NCBI GenBank assembly: GCA_034780895.1
Contig: JAUZTB010000062.1
Span: forward strand, 5,908,985 to 5,972,984
DNA length: 64,000 bases
Source of the DNA: Rhynchobatus australiae
Taxonomy: Eukaryota
Reading direction: 5' to 3'
Shown here one piece after another: positions 1 to 12,287 of this stretch. The notes under the pieces are model-generated. The model saw only the letters and a list, made by a program, of their open reading frames with translations. It searched no databases and was not told the origin of the DNA. The stretch's first letter is position 1. Each line of letters starts with the position of its first letter. A program made the translations under genes and the position numbers.

Positions 1-120
1 CCGGAAGCGTGGCGACACTTGCGGGCTGCCCCCAGAACACTCTACACAAAAGATGCATTTCACTGTGTGTTTCGATGCACATGTGACAAATAAAGATACC
101 TTAATCTTAACTTAAATAAT

Positions 121-345
121 TTGTGTTGGTGATACTGACTGTGAAATGATTTTTGATCAGGACACAGGGAAACGAGTTGGCTCTTTTGCATAGCCCTGTG
201 GACATCCTCTTGAGAATACAGGCAAGGCCTCAGTTTAACACCTTACTGAATGGCTGCACCTCCAGCACCATTTTGTTTGGGCTCAGCTCCCTGAAGTGGG
301 ACTAGAACCACCAATCAGAGGCAAAGTCCACTGAGCCCCAGCCAA
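121..345 (-). mobile_element. tRNA-derived Deu-domain SINE (SacSINE1-like), old copy
   Basis: Minus strand reads GGCTCAGTGG...GTTCTAGTCCCACTTCAG...GTTAAACTGAGGCC...GTGTCCTG. Related fragments at ~7435-7510 (+), ~8150-8225 (-), ~10100-10180 (-) and ~10520-10705 (-). Confidence 0.6.
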
Positions 346-1129
346 CACTCAATGATATTATCTCTTTTGGACCGCCAGAACAAGGGTGCTTATACATTGA
401 AGCATCTGCACAGATATTCATAATTTCAACTGACATATGTCTGGATAATTATTTTAACACTCTACGCTGACATCAAGGGGACATTTCTTTATGGGCTGGT
501 AAGACAGCCATTCGCCCTGCCACATTAGACAATGCGTCTGTGATCCACAGTCTGTATAAAAGAGCAGCTTCTGTTTTTGATCCTGGCTCTTTTCCAAGGT
601 TATTCAAATATCTATTGTATACCAGAAAACGCCGCTCTCACTACATGCATGGTCTGCACTCAAGCAAATAAATATCTTATACATTAATGACATAGTTCTG
701 GTCGTCATACTTAATGTGGGTGTCTGTGGCCTGCAAATGGAAACGTATAGGTGTTCTCCGATTTGCAAAGTGCTTTCAATGCACAATTAACCCAAAATGA
801 TCAACTCCTCTCCCTCCACCAACACATACTCTCCTCGCCGCACCTCCCCATGTACAGCAGCCAACTTTGCAGATGGCGCTTAATTGGGCAGGTCAGGCAG
901 CATCTATGGAGGGAAACGAACAGTCGACGTTTTGGGCCGAGACCCTTCATCTGGACTTTAAAGGAAGAGGACAGAAGCTGGAAATCAGAAGGTGGAGGGA
1001 AGGGGGAGGAGCACAGGCTGGCAAGGGATAGGTGAGTCCAGGTGATAGACGAGTCCAGGTGAGAGGGGAGAGGGAGGTGGATGGGAAGATGTAAGAAGCT
1101 GAGAGGATGGGGTCTGGATGGTGTGTGGC

Positions 1130-1720
1130 TTGGAAGGCAACTTCCAGTGGTGGTGTTCCCCTTCTTCACCTGCCCTTGTCCTTTGAGCTGGTAGAGGTGG
1201 TGGGTTTGGAGGGTGGTGTCTGAGGAGTCCTGGTGAGTTGCTGCAGTGGATCCTGTAGATGGTACACACTGCTGCTACGGTGCGTCGGTGGTGAAGTGAG
1301 TGAATGGTGGTGGATGGGGTGCATGTCAAGCAGGCTGCTATGTCATGTATCATGTTGTGCTTCTTGAGTATTGTTGAAACTGAACTCATCCAGGCAAGTG
1401 GAGGGTGTCCCATCACACTCCTGACTTGAGCCCTGTAGATGGTGGACAGGCGTTGGGGATTTAGGAGGCAAGTTACTCGCTGCAAGGTTCCCAGCCTCTG
1501 ACCTGCTCTTGTAGCCATGTTGTGTAAGTGGCTACTCCAGTTCAATTTCTGGTCAATGGTAGCCCTCAGGATATTGTTGGTGGGGGATAAGTGGTGGAAC
1601 TGCCATTGAATGTCCAAAGGGTCATAGCTGGATTACCTCTTGTTGGATATCATCATTACCCGGGACTTGTGTGGTGTGATTGTTATTTGCCACCTAACAG
1701 CCCAGGTCTTTCTGCACTTG
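1130..1720 (-). mobile_element. CR1-group (Crack/L2-related) LINE ORF2 3' fragment
   Basis: ORF 985-1617: ILRATIDQKLNWSSH...RAGQRLGTLQRV...LSTIYRAQVRSVM...AWMS...SLHHRRTVAAVCTIYRIH. Confidence 0.75.
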
Positions 1721-2339
1721 TCTGCTTCTACTTCTGACTGTATGATCTTACGAGATACAACACTTGGTTTTTACTTCCTTTCCTTCTGTTGCAAAAACAT
1801 CCCATCCAGGTGAGGTAGCAGTTCAATTGTATTTCATTTATTTAAGTATTTGGTGCTCACTAGGTCTGCATTAGGGCGAGCAGACGGCTTGGGTGGCTGT
1901 TTTGCTGGACACCTCTGATCCATCTGCAAATAGTAACCCTGATCTTCCAATTGCTTGTCACTTTAACTCTCTGTCTTACTCCCAACCTGACATCTCTGTC
2001 TTTGGCCTTGTACACTGTCCCAGTGACACCCAATGGAAGCTCGAGAAACAGCACCTCATTTTCAGACTGGGCATAATTACAGTCTTCCAGACTCAACATT
2101 GAATTCAACAGTCTTATTCCAGTTTGGCATGTCACATTTCCATTCTTCCGTTTTCTCTCTCCTTTTTTTGGTAATTTCAGATTTTATTTGTCTCCCTTTC
2201 ATTACACATGCCCCAGACGTGAGTTTTTTTTTAAAAGTTAGCCTTTACCACCCACTTCCAGCCATCACCTCCACCACTTCAGTCACCCAACCTCCACCCT
2301 GCTGTTCTGTCTGCCCTTCCCCCCCCTTTCTCAGCAATG

Positions 2340-2615
2340 TACGTGTTGGCCATTTGGGACAAAAATGAGAAGAAATTTCTTCACCCAGCGGGGAGTGAAT
2401 CTTCGGAATTCTCCAGAGGACTGTGGAGGCTCAATCATTGAATTATATTGCAGTTGGAGTTTGAAAGATGTTGGGATTTTAATGGGAATCCAGGCATGTG
2501 GGGTTACTAAAAGTAGGTAGCACTGAGCTAAAGGACCAACCATCATCGTATTGAATGGTGGAGCAGACACGAGGGGACGAATGGCCTGCTCCCACTACAC
2601 CTTCCCGTGTCGTTA
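2340..2615 (+). mobile_element. CR1/HER1 LINE 3' fragment
   Basis: gaaatttcttcacccagcggggagtgaatcttcggaattct (FFTQR.VNLWN motif) plus the 3' UTR gagggg...gaatggcct..tc. Confidence 0.7.
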
Positions 2616-4213
2616 TGTTTATTTGTAACGTTTCTGAATTGTGACGAAAAGGCATCGGCCTGAAACGTTGTCTCCGTTTCTCTCATCACGGACGCTGCCT
2701 GACCAGCTGAGTACCTGCAGCATTTCTTGTTTCTAACTTGACTCAAATTTATGTTCAGGTGACGATGAACTTTGGAGCACTGGGGAGACAAATTTCATCT
2801 TGGCAATGGGTTAATATCTCAAGCATTATGTGACAAAGTACGATAATTGTCTTTAGCTCTTGGATTCCTCTCTGTGTGCTTCGAAGCACATGTTCCTTTA
2901 CAAAAGCTTCCATTCTTAACATTGATTCCACAGCACATTCCCAAGACCATAATTTCTACCCAGATTTGGATCTGCATGAATTACCCGAAAGAGGGTAATA
3001 CTCTTGATTAAAACAGATATATGTCTGAGAAAACATATTTCTGACATACCAGTTGCTCAAAATAATTATTGTGCATCACTGGGCAATTGTGGAACACGAA
3101 ATCTAATTTCAATGGTGCTGATATAAATAGCTATCGTCAGATCAGATATCACAGGTGCCAATTTGCATGGCCGTAACATTACGTGCTCAAGGACTTTCAT
3201 TTTACTGATTGAGTGAAACACATCACAAAGTGACTTCTCGAAGACAAGCCTGAACTTCTAAATGCTATGCGAATATACAGATGATCGAACTTTGGTAAAC
3301 TGATCAACAATTTTCTTTTTAATTCATTCACTTTTTGAGATTTGGGCATGGCTGAAAAAGCCATCTTTTTTTTTGCCCATCCTTCATTGCCCTTGAGAAG
3401 AGGTCTTCTTGAACCACCGCAGTTGTTCCAGTGAAGGAACTCCCACAGAACAGTTTAAAGAGAGAGTTTCAGGACTTAGACCCAGTGACAAAGAAGAAAT
3501 TGGTATTGGTTTACAATCGTCACTTGTACCGAGGTACAGTGAAAAATTTTTCCTGCATACCGATCGTACAGGTCAATTCATTACACAGTGCAGTTACATT
3601 GGGTTAGTACAGAGCGCATTGATGTAGTACNNNNNNNNNNNNNNNNNNNNNNNNNNNNNNNNNNNNNNNNNNNNNNNNNNNNNNNNNNNNNNNNNNNNNN
3701 NNNNNNNNNNNNNNNNNNNNNNNNNNNNNNCCTCTTTGCTTCCTCCATTCTAGCTTCCTCATATGAGTGAGCATTGCTTTTTACCTTGGTACCCAAACAG
3801 AGCAATTCCAATGCTTGTTGTTTCCAGTCATATGTGTCAATGTTGAAACTCTTCAGGGACTATCTAAGAGTCATTGAATCTATCCACCTCTGATCACACT
3901 GGGAACAGATGGGGTCGGGCAGAATGGATTGAGCAGATTAGTAACCAGAGTCCTGGAAAACTGCAACAGGATGCTAGTTGCACATGTGATTCACAAGCTA
4001 AGAGCAAGAAAGGTCGAGTAAGTTATAAAGCTGGAAAATCCATGAGGTCAGCTTACGTTCATATTCCTTCCTCCTTGTCCTTCAGCTCATTCCCTGAGCT
4101 CTGCTAATTACAGTCGATCCAAAAGGGACAGGCCTTCTCAAAGCACATTGCTGCTTTCTGGAGGCCAAAGACAGAAGTGACACAGGTAGTGATAGACCAG
4201 TTTACTACCCTGG

Positions 4214-4695
4214 TATTGGTATTAGTATTGGCATTGGTTTATTATTGTCACTTGTACAGTGAAAAACTTGTCTTGCATACCGATCATACAGGTCAATTCA
4301 TTACACAGTGCGATTACATTGAGTTAGTACAGAGTACATTGATGTAGTACAAAATAAAAACCATAACTGTACAGAGTGAAGTGTCACAGCTACAGGGAAA
4401 GTGCAGTGCAATAAGGTGTAAGGTCACAACAAGGTAGATCGTGAAGTTAGAGCAGTTGCCAGACCAAGCCGTGATATATCCAGCTAGGATGCTTTCTATG
4501 GTGCATTGATAAAAGTTGGTGAGCGTCAAAGGGGACATACCAAATTTCTTTAGCCTCCTGAGGAAGTAGAGGCACTGGTGAGCTTTCTTGGCAGTGGCAT
4601 CTATGTGATTTGACCAGGACAGGCTGTTGGTGATGTTCACTCCCAGGAACTTGAAGCTCTCAACCCTCTCGACCTCAGCACCATTGATGTAGACT
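4214..4695 (-). mobile_element. Rex1/Babar LINE 3' fragment with internal deletion
   Basis: ORF 4314-4820: VYINGAEVERVESFKFLGVNITNSLSWSNH...KKAHQCLYFLRRLKKFGM...TIESILAGYITAWSGNCS, joined directly to the 3' UTR and an (ACCAAT)n-like tail. The same tail occurs at 3501-3630. Confidence 0.85.
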
Positions 4696-6310
4696 TGCAA
4701 ATGGCAATAGATTTCCAAGTCGGGATGATGTGCAGCTTGGAGGGGAACCTGCAGGCAGTGGTGCTTCCATGTGTCTGCTGCCCTTGTCTTTCTTGGTGGT
4801 AACGGTTGAGAATTTAGCAAGTGTGGTCAGAGTAGCCCAGTAAGTAAATGCACTTCATTTTGTAGATGGTACACACTGCAGCCAATGTGCGCTGTTATGG
4901 AGGAATGCATGCTTAGGATGGTGCATGGGATACCAATCAAGTGGGCTGCTTTGTCCCAGATGCTGCCAAGCTTCTTGAGAGTTGTTGGTGCTGTACTCAT
5001 CTGGGCAAGTGGAGATGGTGGTAAAGCTCTGGATGTCAGGAGCTCAGTCACTTGCTGCAGAACACCAAGCCTCTGACCCATTCTCGTAGCCACTGTATTT
5101 ATGCAGCTGGTCCAACTGAGTTTCTGGTCAATGGATGGATCTTAATATGGGGCACTTGCTGATGGTGATGCCATCGAATGTTAAGGATGGGTCATTAGAC
5201 TGACTCTTGTTGGAGATGGTCATTGCCTTACACTTCAGAGCTGTGAATGTTGCTCGCCACTTGTGAGGCCCATGGCTGAATGTCATCTAGGCCTTGCTAC
5301 ATGCGGGAAGGAAGGGACTGCTTCTTTCGCTGGGGAATTGCAAGTGAAATTGAACATTGTGCGATCATCATCAAACATTCCCACTTTTGATCTTATGATG
5401 GAAGACACCATGGCCAAGAAAGCTCACTAGCGCCTTTATTTCCTCAGGAGGCTAAAGAAATTTGGCATGTCCCCTTTGACACTCACCAACTTTTATCGAT
5501 GCACCACAGAAAGCATNNNNNNNNNNNNNNNNCCTGATAAGAATTTATTAGATGTAATTTTTAATTTGGAACCCTTTCAGGATGGCTCAATATCTAATAT
5601 TTATGACAGGTTACTAGGAATGAGTAAGGTGCCACTAGATAAAACTAAAAAGGCTCAGGAACAAGATTTGCAGAAGTCAATTTCTGAGGAAACTTGGAAT
5701 GAAATTTTCAAATTGGTTAATACTTCCTCATTATGTGCCTGTCACTCTCTCCTTCAATTTAAAGTGGTCCATAGAGCTCACTTGTCTAAAGATAAGCTAT
5801 CCCGTTTTTATTCCGATATATCTTACTGTGACAAATGCAATAATGGAGTGGCACCTTATTGTCTAACTGCACTTTCTCTGCAGCTGTGACACTTTATTCT
5901 GCATTCTGTTATTGTTTTACCTTGTACTACCTCAATGCACTGTGTAGTGAATTGATCTGTACAAACGGTATGCAAGACAAGTTTTTCACTGTACCTCGGT
6001 ACAAGTGACAATAATAAACCAACTCCAATTCCAAAGGAAGGTCATTGATGAAGCAGTTAAAGATGGTTGGGTGTAGGACACTACCCTGAAGAATAGTGTG
6101 AACTAGGACTGAGATGTTTGACCCCCAACAATCACAGCCATCTTTCTTCGTGTAAGATTTACTTCTATCATTTGAATGTGTTCCCTTTGATGCCTATTAA
6201 CTTCACTTTTACCAGAGCTCCTTGATGCCACATTCAGTCAAATGCTGCTTTGATGTCAAGTGCTGCCTTTATCACCTCCTCTGAAATTCAGTTCCTTGGT
6301 CCACGTTTAG
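4696..6310 (-). mobile_element. Second CR1-group (Crack/L2-related) LINE copy, interrupted by a Rex1 fragment (5404-6033, +)
   Basis: Clear similarity to 1130-1720 (MATRMGQRLGVLQQVT...). The LINE resumes at ~6036 after the Rex1 tail. Confidence 0.7.
5533..5850 (+). mobile_element. L1-clade LINE ORF2 C-terminal fragment
   Basis: ISNIYDRL...EQDLQKSISEETWNEIF...SSLCACHSLLQFKVVHRAHLSK.KLSRFY...CDKC, typical of the fish L1 ORF2 zinc-finger region. Confidence 0.75.
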
Positions 6311-6597
6311 AAAAAGGTTAATCCCCAAAATATCCCCCCCCCCATTGACTGTTTAAACAAATATTTAATCCTCTAACAGTATCATAGAAACTGATTATCT
6401 GGCCATACTTGGACCAAGTGGTGAGTTTGGGGAACCTGTGGGGAACCTGTAGAATTGAGGGAGGTCAGATCTTAGAGGCAAAATGAAAATAAGGCTGAGA
6501 ATTCTACAATTATTATTGCATCATTTCCTGTAGTAAATTACTTAATCTGTGTTTGAATCTATGTTGCAATTTAATCATGCACAAAATGATCATGCAG

Positions 6598-7093
6598 CCC
6601 AGTGGCACAGCCGGCAGAACTGCTGCCTCACAGCACCAGAGAACTAGGTTCAATCCTGACCTTGGGTGCTGTCTGTGTGGAGTTTACACGTTCTCTCTGC
6701 GACCGCGTGGATTTCCTCGGGGTGCTCCAGTTTCCTCTCACGTCCCAAAGACATGCTGGTTGGTAGGTTAATTGGCCACTGTAAATTGCCCCTGGTGTGT
6801 AGGTAAGTGGTAGAATCTGTGGGGGGGGGGGGAGAGGAGGGGATCGTTGACTGGAATGNNNNNNNNNNNNNNNNNNNNNNNNNNNNNNNNNNNNNNNNNN
6901 NNNNNNNNNNNNNNNNNNNNNNNNNNNNNNNNNNNNNNNNNNNNNNNNNNNNNNNNNNCGGTGACTGGAATGTGGGGAGAGTGAAAAATGAGATTAGTGT
7001 AGTGTAAATGGGTGGGTCAAAGGGCCTGCTTCCTTGCTGTATCACATTATGACTCTATGACACTTTATGACTCTTTATCACATTATGACTCCT
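6598..7093 (+). mobile_element. HE1-type V-SINE
   Basis: tRNA-like head (TGGCACAG...GGTTCAATCC), V-domain (tgtgtggagtttacacgttctc...ggtgctccagtttcctc), and a CR1-like tail with TATGACTC repeats. Confidence 0.85.
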
Positions 7094-7639
7094 TACACTT
7101 AAGGAGGGATTGTATGAAATGCTGGGGCCTTGCAGTGAAAATCTTGTTTGTAGCCAGAAAAAAAAGGGTGTTGCATATTAGTTTGTACACAAGAACTTTG
7201 TTCAATTCACAGAAGGTGCAGCCTCGCCACTAGTAATTGCAGCTGTATTAGAAAAAGCTGGAAAGAAGCAGATTCCACAGTGTTCCCGTTTATTACAGGG
7301 ATGTGCTTGTGGCAGGAAACACAAAGGCTCCCCGAAGTGGGCTGGACCTGAAATGGACCAGTGACTGAACCTAGAATCTCATTAACCCCAAAAATAATCG
7401 CTTTCGAGTGACTGCTTAAGCATTCAGGCTCATAAAAAAACTGATTATCTGGTTAATAATGTTATTGGGAGCTGGCTGTGCAAATTGGTTCCCTCATTTC
7501 CTACATCATAAAATCCATGTGTCACTGCAGGTTAAAAAGTAGGGAGATTTTTGTTTTTTCTTTAACTCCCTCATTCATCTTCCTCTATTTGTACCACCCC
7601 AGACATACCAGCTGTGATGCAGTAGACAGTAGCAAATGC

Positions 7640-7850
7640 AATTTGTCACCTGGACAACCTGGTCTCCAGTCTATCACAGACACGGCCTTTGTTCTCTCCA
7701 AACCCTGTCACCAGTCTCAGCAACTTAAATTAAACTTTCTCAATTTTCCAGTTCTGATGAGGAGTCCTTGACCTTAAATGTTAAATCTGTTTTGCTTTCC
7801 ACAGATACTGCCTGACTCGCTGAGCATCCCCAACATTTTCTGCTTCTTCT
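7640..7850 (+). mobile_element. Penelope-like terminal fragment
   Basis: gttctgatga...gacct..aa.gttaa.tctgt...ccacagatactgcctgac motif shared with the other PLE ends. Another partial copy at ~12141-12255. Confidence 0.6.
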
Positions 7851-10800
7851 CCCCACCCCCCCTCTTCCCCCCCTCCTCTTTCCCCCAGATTTTCANNNNN
7901 NNNNNNNNNNNNNNNNNNNNNNNNNNNNNNNNNNNNNNNNNNNNNNNNNNNNNNNNNNNNNNNNNNNNNNNNNNNNNNNNNNNNNNNNNNNNNNNNNNNN
8001 NNNNNNNNNNNNNNNNNNNNNNNNNNNNNNNNNNNNNNNNNNNNNNNNNNNNNNNNNNNNNNNNNNNNNNNNNNNNNNNNNNNNNNNNNNNNNNNNNNNN
8101 NNNNNNNNNNNNNNNNNNNNNNNNNNNNNNNNCCTGCAGTTAAACAAGTACATTTGTGTGATAGGGAACATTTCAGCCAATTTACCTCAGCAAGCTCCCA
8201 CAGATAACAATGACCAGATATTCTGGAGCACATCTTTTGTCCTTGACCACAGCACTAACGTCAGGACATCCTGGTTTCTGCACAGATCCCCCAGTTTCAA
8301 TTGCTGGCGTTGGTCTAAGTCAGCAGTGCCATCTTACGCCCAGCCCCTGCTCTTGTGCTGGTGAGTCCCACAGGGTTGGGATGGTAAACAATCTCTCAGA
8401 CTCAAGAAATCTATTCACTGAACCTTGTTGGATTAAACTTGGCGCCACCCTGCAGTGCCCATTCTAATGAATGGGAGACTTTGGATCACAGGGGAAAGGT
8501 AAGCAGTTAATTTTTTTTATTATTTAAGTTAATTTCAATTATTTTAACTGATTCAAAGTCAAAGTCGAGTTTATTGTCATCTGCACAAGTACATGGGTGC
8601 ACAGGTGCAATGCAAAACTTAGAAAAAAACATAGAAAAACTACAGCACAATTCAGGCCCTTCAGCCCACAAAGCTGTCCCACTTGCAGCAGCATCACAGG
8701 CACATAGCGTCATACAAGCAGCATTCACAAATAAAACATAAATTATACATAATTTTTTACAAGGAAGAACAAAATTAGAACAAAAAAAATGTCCACGTTA
8801 GTGCAACTAAAGTGGTCATAGTGTTGCTAAACTGTGGTGAATAGGGTTTTGCCGATTCTTAATATCTGGTGTGATTTTCAGCTTTTTAAATGCATAAACA
8901 TTATTCTGCCTTCTGTTATTGTTTTCCCTTGTACTACCTTAACGCACTGATGTGATGAAACGATCTGTATGGATGGCATGCAAAACAAAGATTTTCACTG
9001 TACCTCAGTACATATGACAACAATAAACCAATTTCCCAATATTTTTTCCGTGTCCTGAATGTGCTTATGACTGGGAAAGATGTCCACAAAAATCCAATGA
9101 CCCCCCAATCAGTCTTTAGTAGAAAATTAAAACAAGGAGGCAGATATTTAGCCCTTTGAGCTTGTTGGGTTGGTGGGCCAAGGGGCCTGTTCCTCTGCTT
9201 CTGTTCAGCTCTGATGGAATGCTAAACACACCAATAGGGCTGAACAGAAGCTGGGCTGCATCTTTAGTCTGCTTGTGTTGGGATTGGCTGGTTTCGGTGC
9301 CAGCTGAATATGTAATCAGGGATTATGCACTGAATGCCGAGAGTAATAAACAAATATCATGAATAAATTATGAAAATAAAATACAAAGATCAGGAAGCTT
9401 ATGCGCATCACAAACTCAAGAGGATAAAGAGGTTATTTTCCCAAATAGCATGCCACAATTACAGTCTTCACTCCTCTTAGGAACTGCCTTTTGTGATTCA
9501 TTTAAAGAAAAGGAATGCATCCTGACCAGAAGGATGATTTCAAAATTCTATTTCCTTTCTGCTTTCCTTATGATTCATTTTTTGATGTTATTCTCAATAA
9601 AATTCAAAGAGGGCTAATGCCATACAACAGCCATGTTATCTCAACATTGATCATCAGGATGTAGTGAAGTCAGCACAGGAATAAGTGTAAGACAGAGATG
9701 CAATCAAGGTAGTTTGTTTGCTTTATTTATAAGTGTGATTCAACCTCAACTGCTCAAGTGCTCCCATGCAATGCCAATCTATAGTCCACCGTGAAGGTTC
9801 CAAGGGGATCGTTTCTGGTTTCCTCTGAAATATTTCCTGCCCGCAGGAGGTCTCCACTCCTGAGGTCAAAGACTGGATTACAAGGTTCAATAAACAAGTT
9901 TTCTTTACAGTTGCCTTTACTGCAATCAGCCGAGCAGGATGTTATTTCTTAACACAAGAAACAATTAGAGTATCAACAGCCATTCCCACCAAAGGGCTAT
10001 CAAGCCTGGTCAGAATAGAAAATGATGAAGGCACATCATAAAAACTTCTAGAGTCCATGAGAGATGAAGGGGGGGGGAAAGGGGTCTTGTGGATATGCAA
10101 GATAAACTAACCCAGATAAATGATCACATTACCTGTATTGGTTGAGAGTAAATGTTACACAGGATTTGGGAGAGTCATTGTCACAGAGGCGTACAGCAGG
10201 GAAACAGGCCCTTGGCCCAACTCGTCCATGCCCACTGAGCTAGTCCCACCTGCCCACGTTTGACCCACAGCCCTCTAAACCTCTCCCATCCAGATTGCTT
10301 TTAAACGTTGCTAATGTGCCCACCTCAACTCGGTACATGTGATAATAATTAACCAATACCAATATTTCTGTCATGTGAGATCTGTATTTCTTAATGCTAA
10401 AGGGATCAAGGAATATAGGGAGAAGGTGGGAACAGGGTGATCATCCAGGATCCTCTTGAATGATGGAGCAGACCCAAGAGGCTGACTGGTCTCCCCCTGC
10501 TTCTTTTTTCTATATTAAATGCCCCCCCCAAGAGGGCAGCCAGGATCTCACGTATAATCTCTCGTCTGAAAAATGACAAACCTCAGTCGTGCAGCTCACT
10601 CTTAGTGACGCATTGAGAAAGCATCTTAGATTGTGTGCTGGAATACGCGAGTGGAGCTCCAACTGATGACCTTCTGACGAGGTTAGAGTGGCATCACTGA
10701 GCAAAGGGCGATGAGACACTTCAGGCTGATGTGGAGACTTTGGTCTGGTTCAGATCCCCCATCAAGGCGTAGAACCAAATTCCAGGTAGGGTTGGTGAAA

Positions 10801-11370
10801 GGAAAGGATGCTGTGTGAAGGTTTTATTTCTGAATAAGTGAATTAATGAGGTCCCGTGCACATTTACCAAGTCCTAACAATACAGCGCTGAAGGAACTTC
10901 TTCAAATACTGACTTGTTAAAGGAAGGCACCAACCCAGCCTTCCCTCTGTCCATCTCTCCCAAACTGAGCTCCCAGGTTGTTCCCTCCAGGCTCATTCTG
11001 ACAATTTTTTAGATTCAATTGGAAACCCATATTCCTGATACCCTAGATGGTTGAGCTTCTTGCCTCGAGGGAGCCAGTCCCTAGATCTGACCCTAACCTC
11101 GAGCCCAATCTGGTCACTGACAATGGTCAATTTTGTCCCTGGGTCTGACCCTACCCCGGGCCCATCCCTAGATCTGATCCTGTCCCTGAACCCAACTCTT
11201 TCCTGTCTGTGGCTGGATCTTAGTCCATCCCTGCCCCTAACCCTACCTGGTCTGTCTCCAGCCCCTACCTGTGGCTAACTGGGTCAAACTCAAAGTTGAG
11301 TTTATTGTCATACACACAAGTCCATGTATGCACAGGTGCAATGAAAAACTTACTTGCAGCAGCATCACAG

Positions 11371-12050
11371 ACTTAAGGACAGCTTCTACCCCACTGTGAT
11401 AAGACTATTGAACAGTTCCCTTATACAATGACCTCACGATCTACCTTGTTGTGACCTTGCACCTTATTGCACTGCACTTTCTCTGTAGCTGTGACACTTT
11501 ACNNNNNNNNNNNNNNNNNNNNNNNNNNNNNNNNNNNNNNNNNNNNNNNNNNNNNNNNNNNNNNNNNNNNNNNNNNNNNNNNNNNNNNNNNNNNNNNNNN
11601 NNCTGGATTAGAGGGCATGAGCTATAAGGAGAGGTTGGACAAACTTGGGTTGTTCTCTCTGGAGTGGCGGAGGCTGAGGGGAGACCTGATGGAAGTTTAA
11701 AAGATTACGAGAGGCTGATATCTTTTTCCCAGGGTTGAAATGTCTAATACCAGAGGACATGCATTTTAGGTGAGGGGGGGGGGGTAAGCTCAAAGGAGAT
11801 GTGTGAGGCAAGGTTTTTTACACAGAGAGTGATGGGTGCCTGGAATATGCTGCCAGGGATGGGGGTGGAGGCAGATACAATAGAGGTGTCTAAGATGCTC
11901 TTAGATAGGCACATGATGTGCAGGGAATGGAGGGATATGGACATAGTTCAGGCAGAAGGGATGAATGTAATCAAGTATCATTACCTTAATTAGTTGGGCA
12001 CAACATTGTGGGCCGAAGGGCCTGTTCCTGTGCTGTACTGTTCTATGTTA
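11371..12050 (+). mobile_element. Rex1 3' UTR fragment (11371-11502) and CR1/HER1 3' fragment (11603-12050) across a gap
   Basis: GLEGMSYKERLDKLGLFSLEWRRLRGDLMEV and FFTQRVMGAWNML are CR1 ORF2 C-terminal motifs; the tail is gggccgaagggcctgttcctgtgctgtactgttctatgt. Confidence 0.85.
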
Positions 12051-12287
12051 ACTCCTGCCTCTATTTCTTATGTTCTTAGGAAGTCATGGAGTCTCCAGCA
12101 CAGTAACAGACCCTAAGCCTCACCATGTCTCTGGGGGAGAAAAATCTTCCTCAAATCCCTGAAACATTACCTCTGTTCTCTCTCTCCACAGATGCTACCT
12201 GACCAGCTGAGGCTTTCCATTTTTATTTCAGATTTCCAGCGTCTGCAGCATTCTGGACTGTAACACAAATTGTTGACGGTTCCCTAC

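Larger units (their letters stand above)
880..2735. mobile_element. Penelope-like element insertion: inverted terminal copy (880-1100, -) plus GIY-YIG 3' part (1790-2735, +), with nested LINE fragments
   Basis: ORF 1893-2102 (LPIACHFNS...DISVFGL..C...KLEKQHLIFRLG) is the GIY-YIG C-terminus typical of Penelope. The shared terminal motif GAYGCTGCCTGACC occurs in opposite orientations at the two ends. Confidence 0.75.

Noticed and set aside
677-730. Minus-strand acceptor followed by ATDTHIKYDDQNYVINV*
   Set aside because: Not recognisable as FRMD4 or any protein I know, with no supporting upstream exon or polyA signal.
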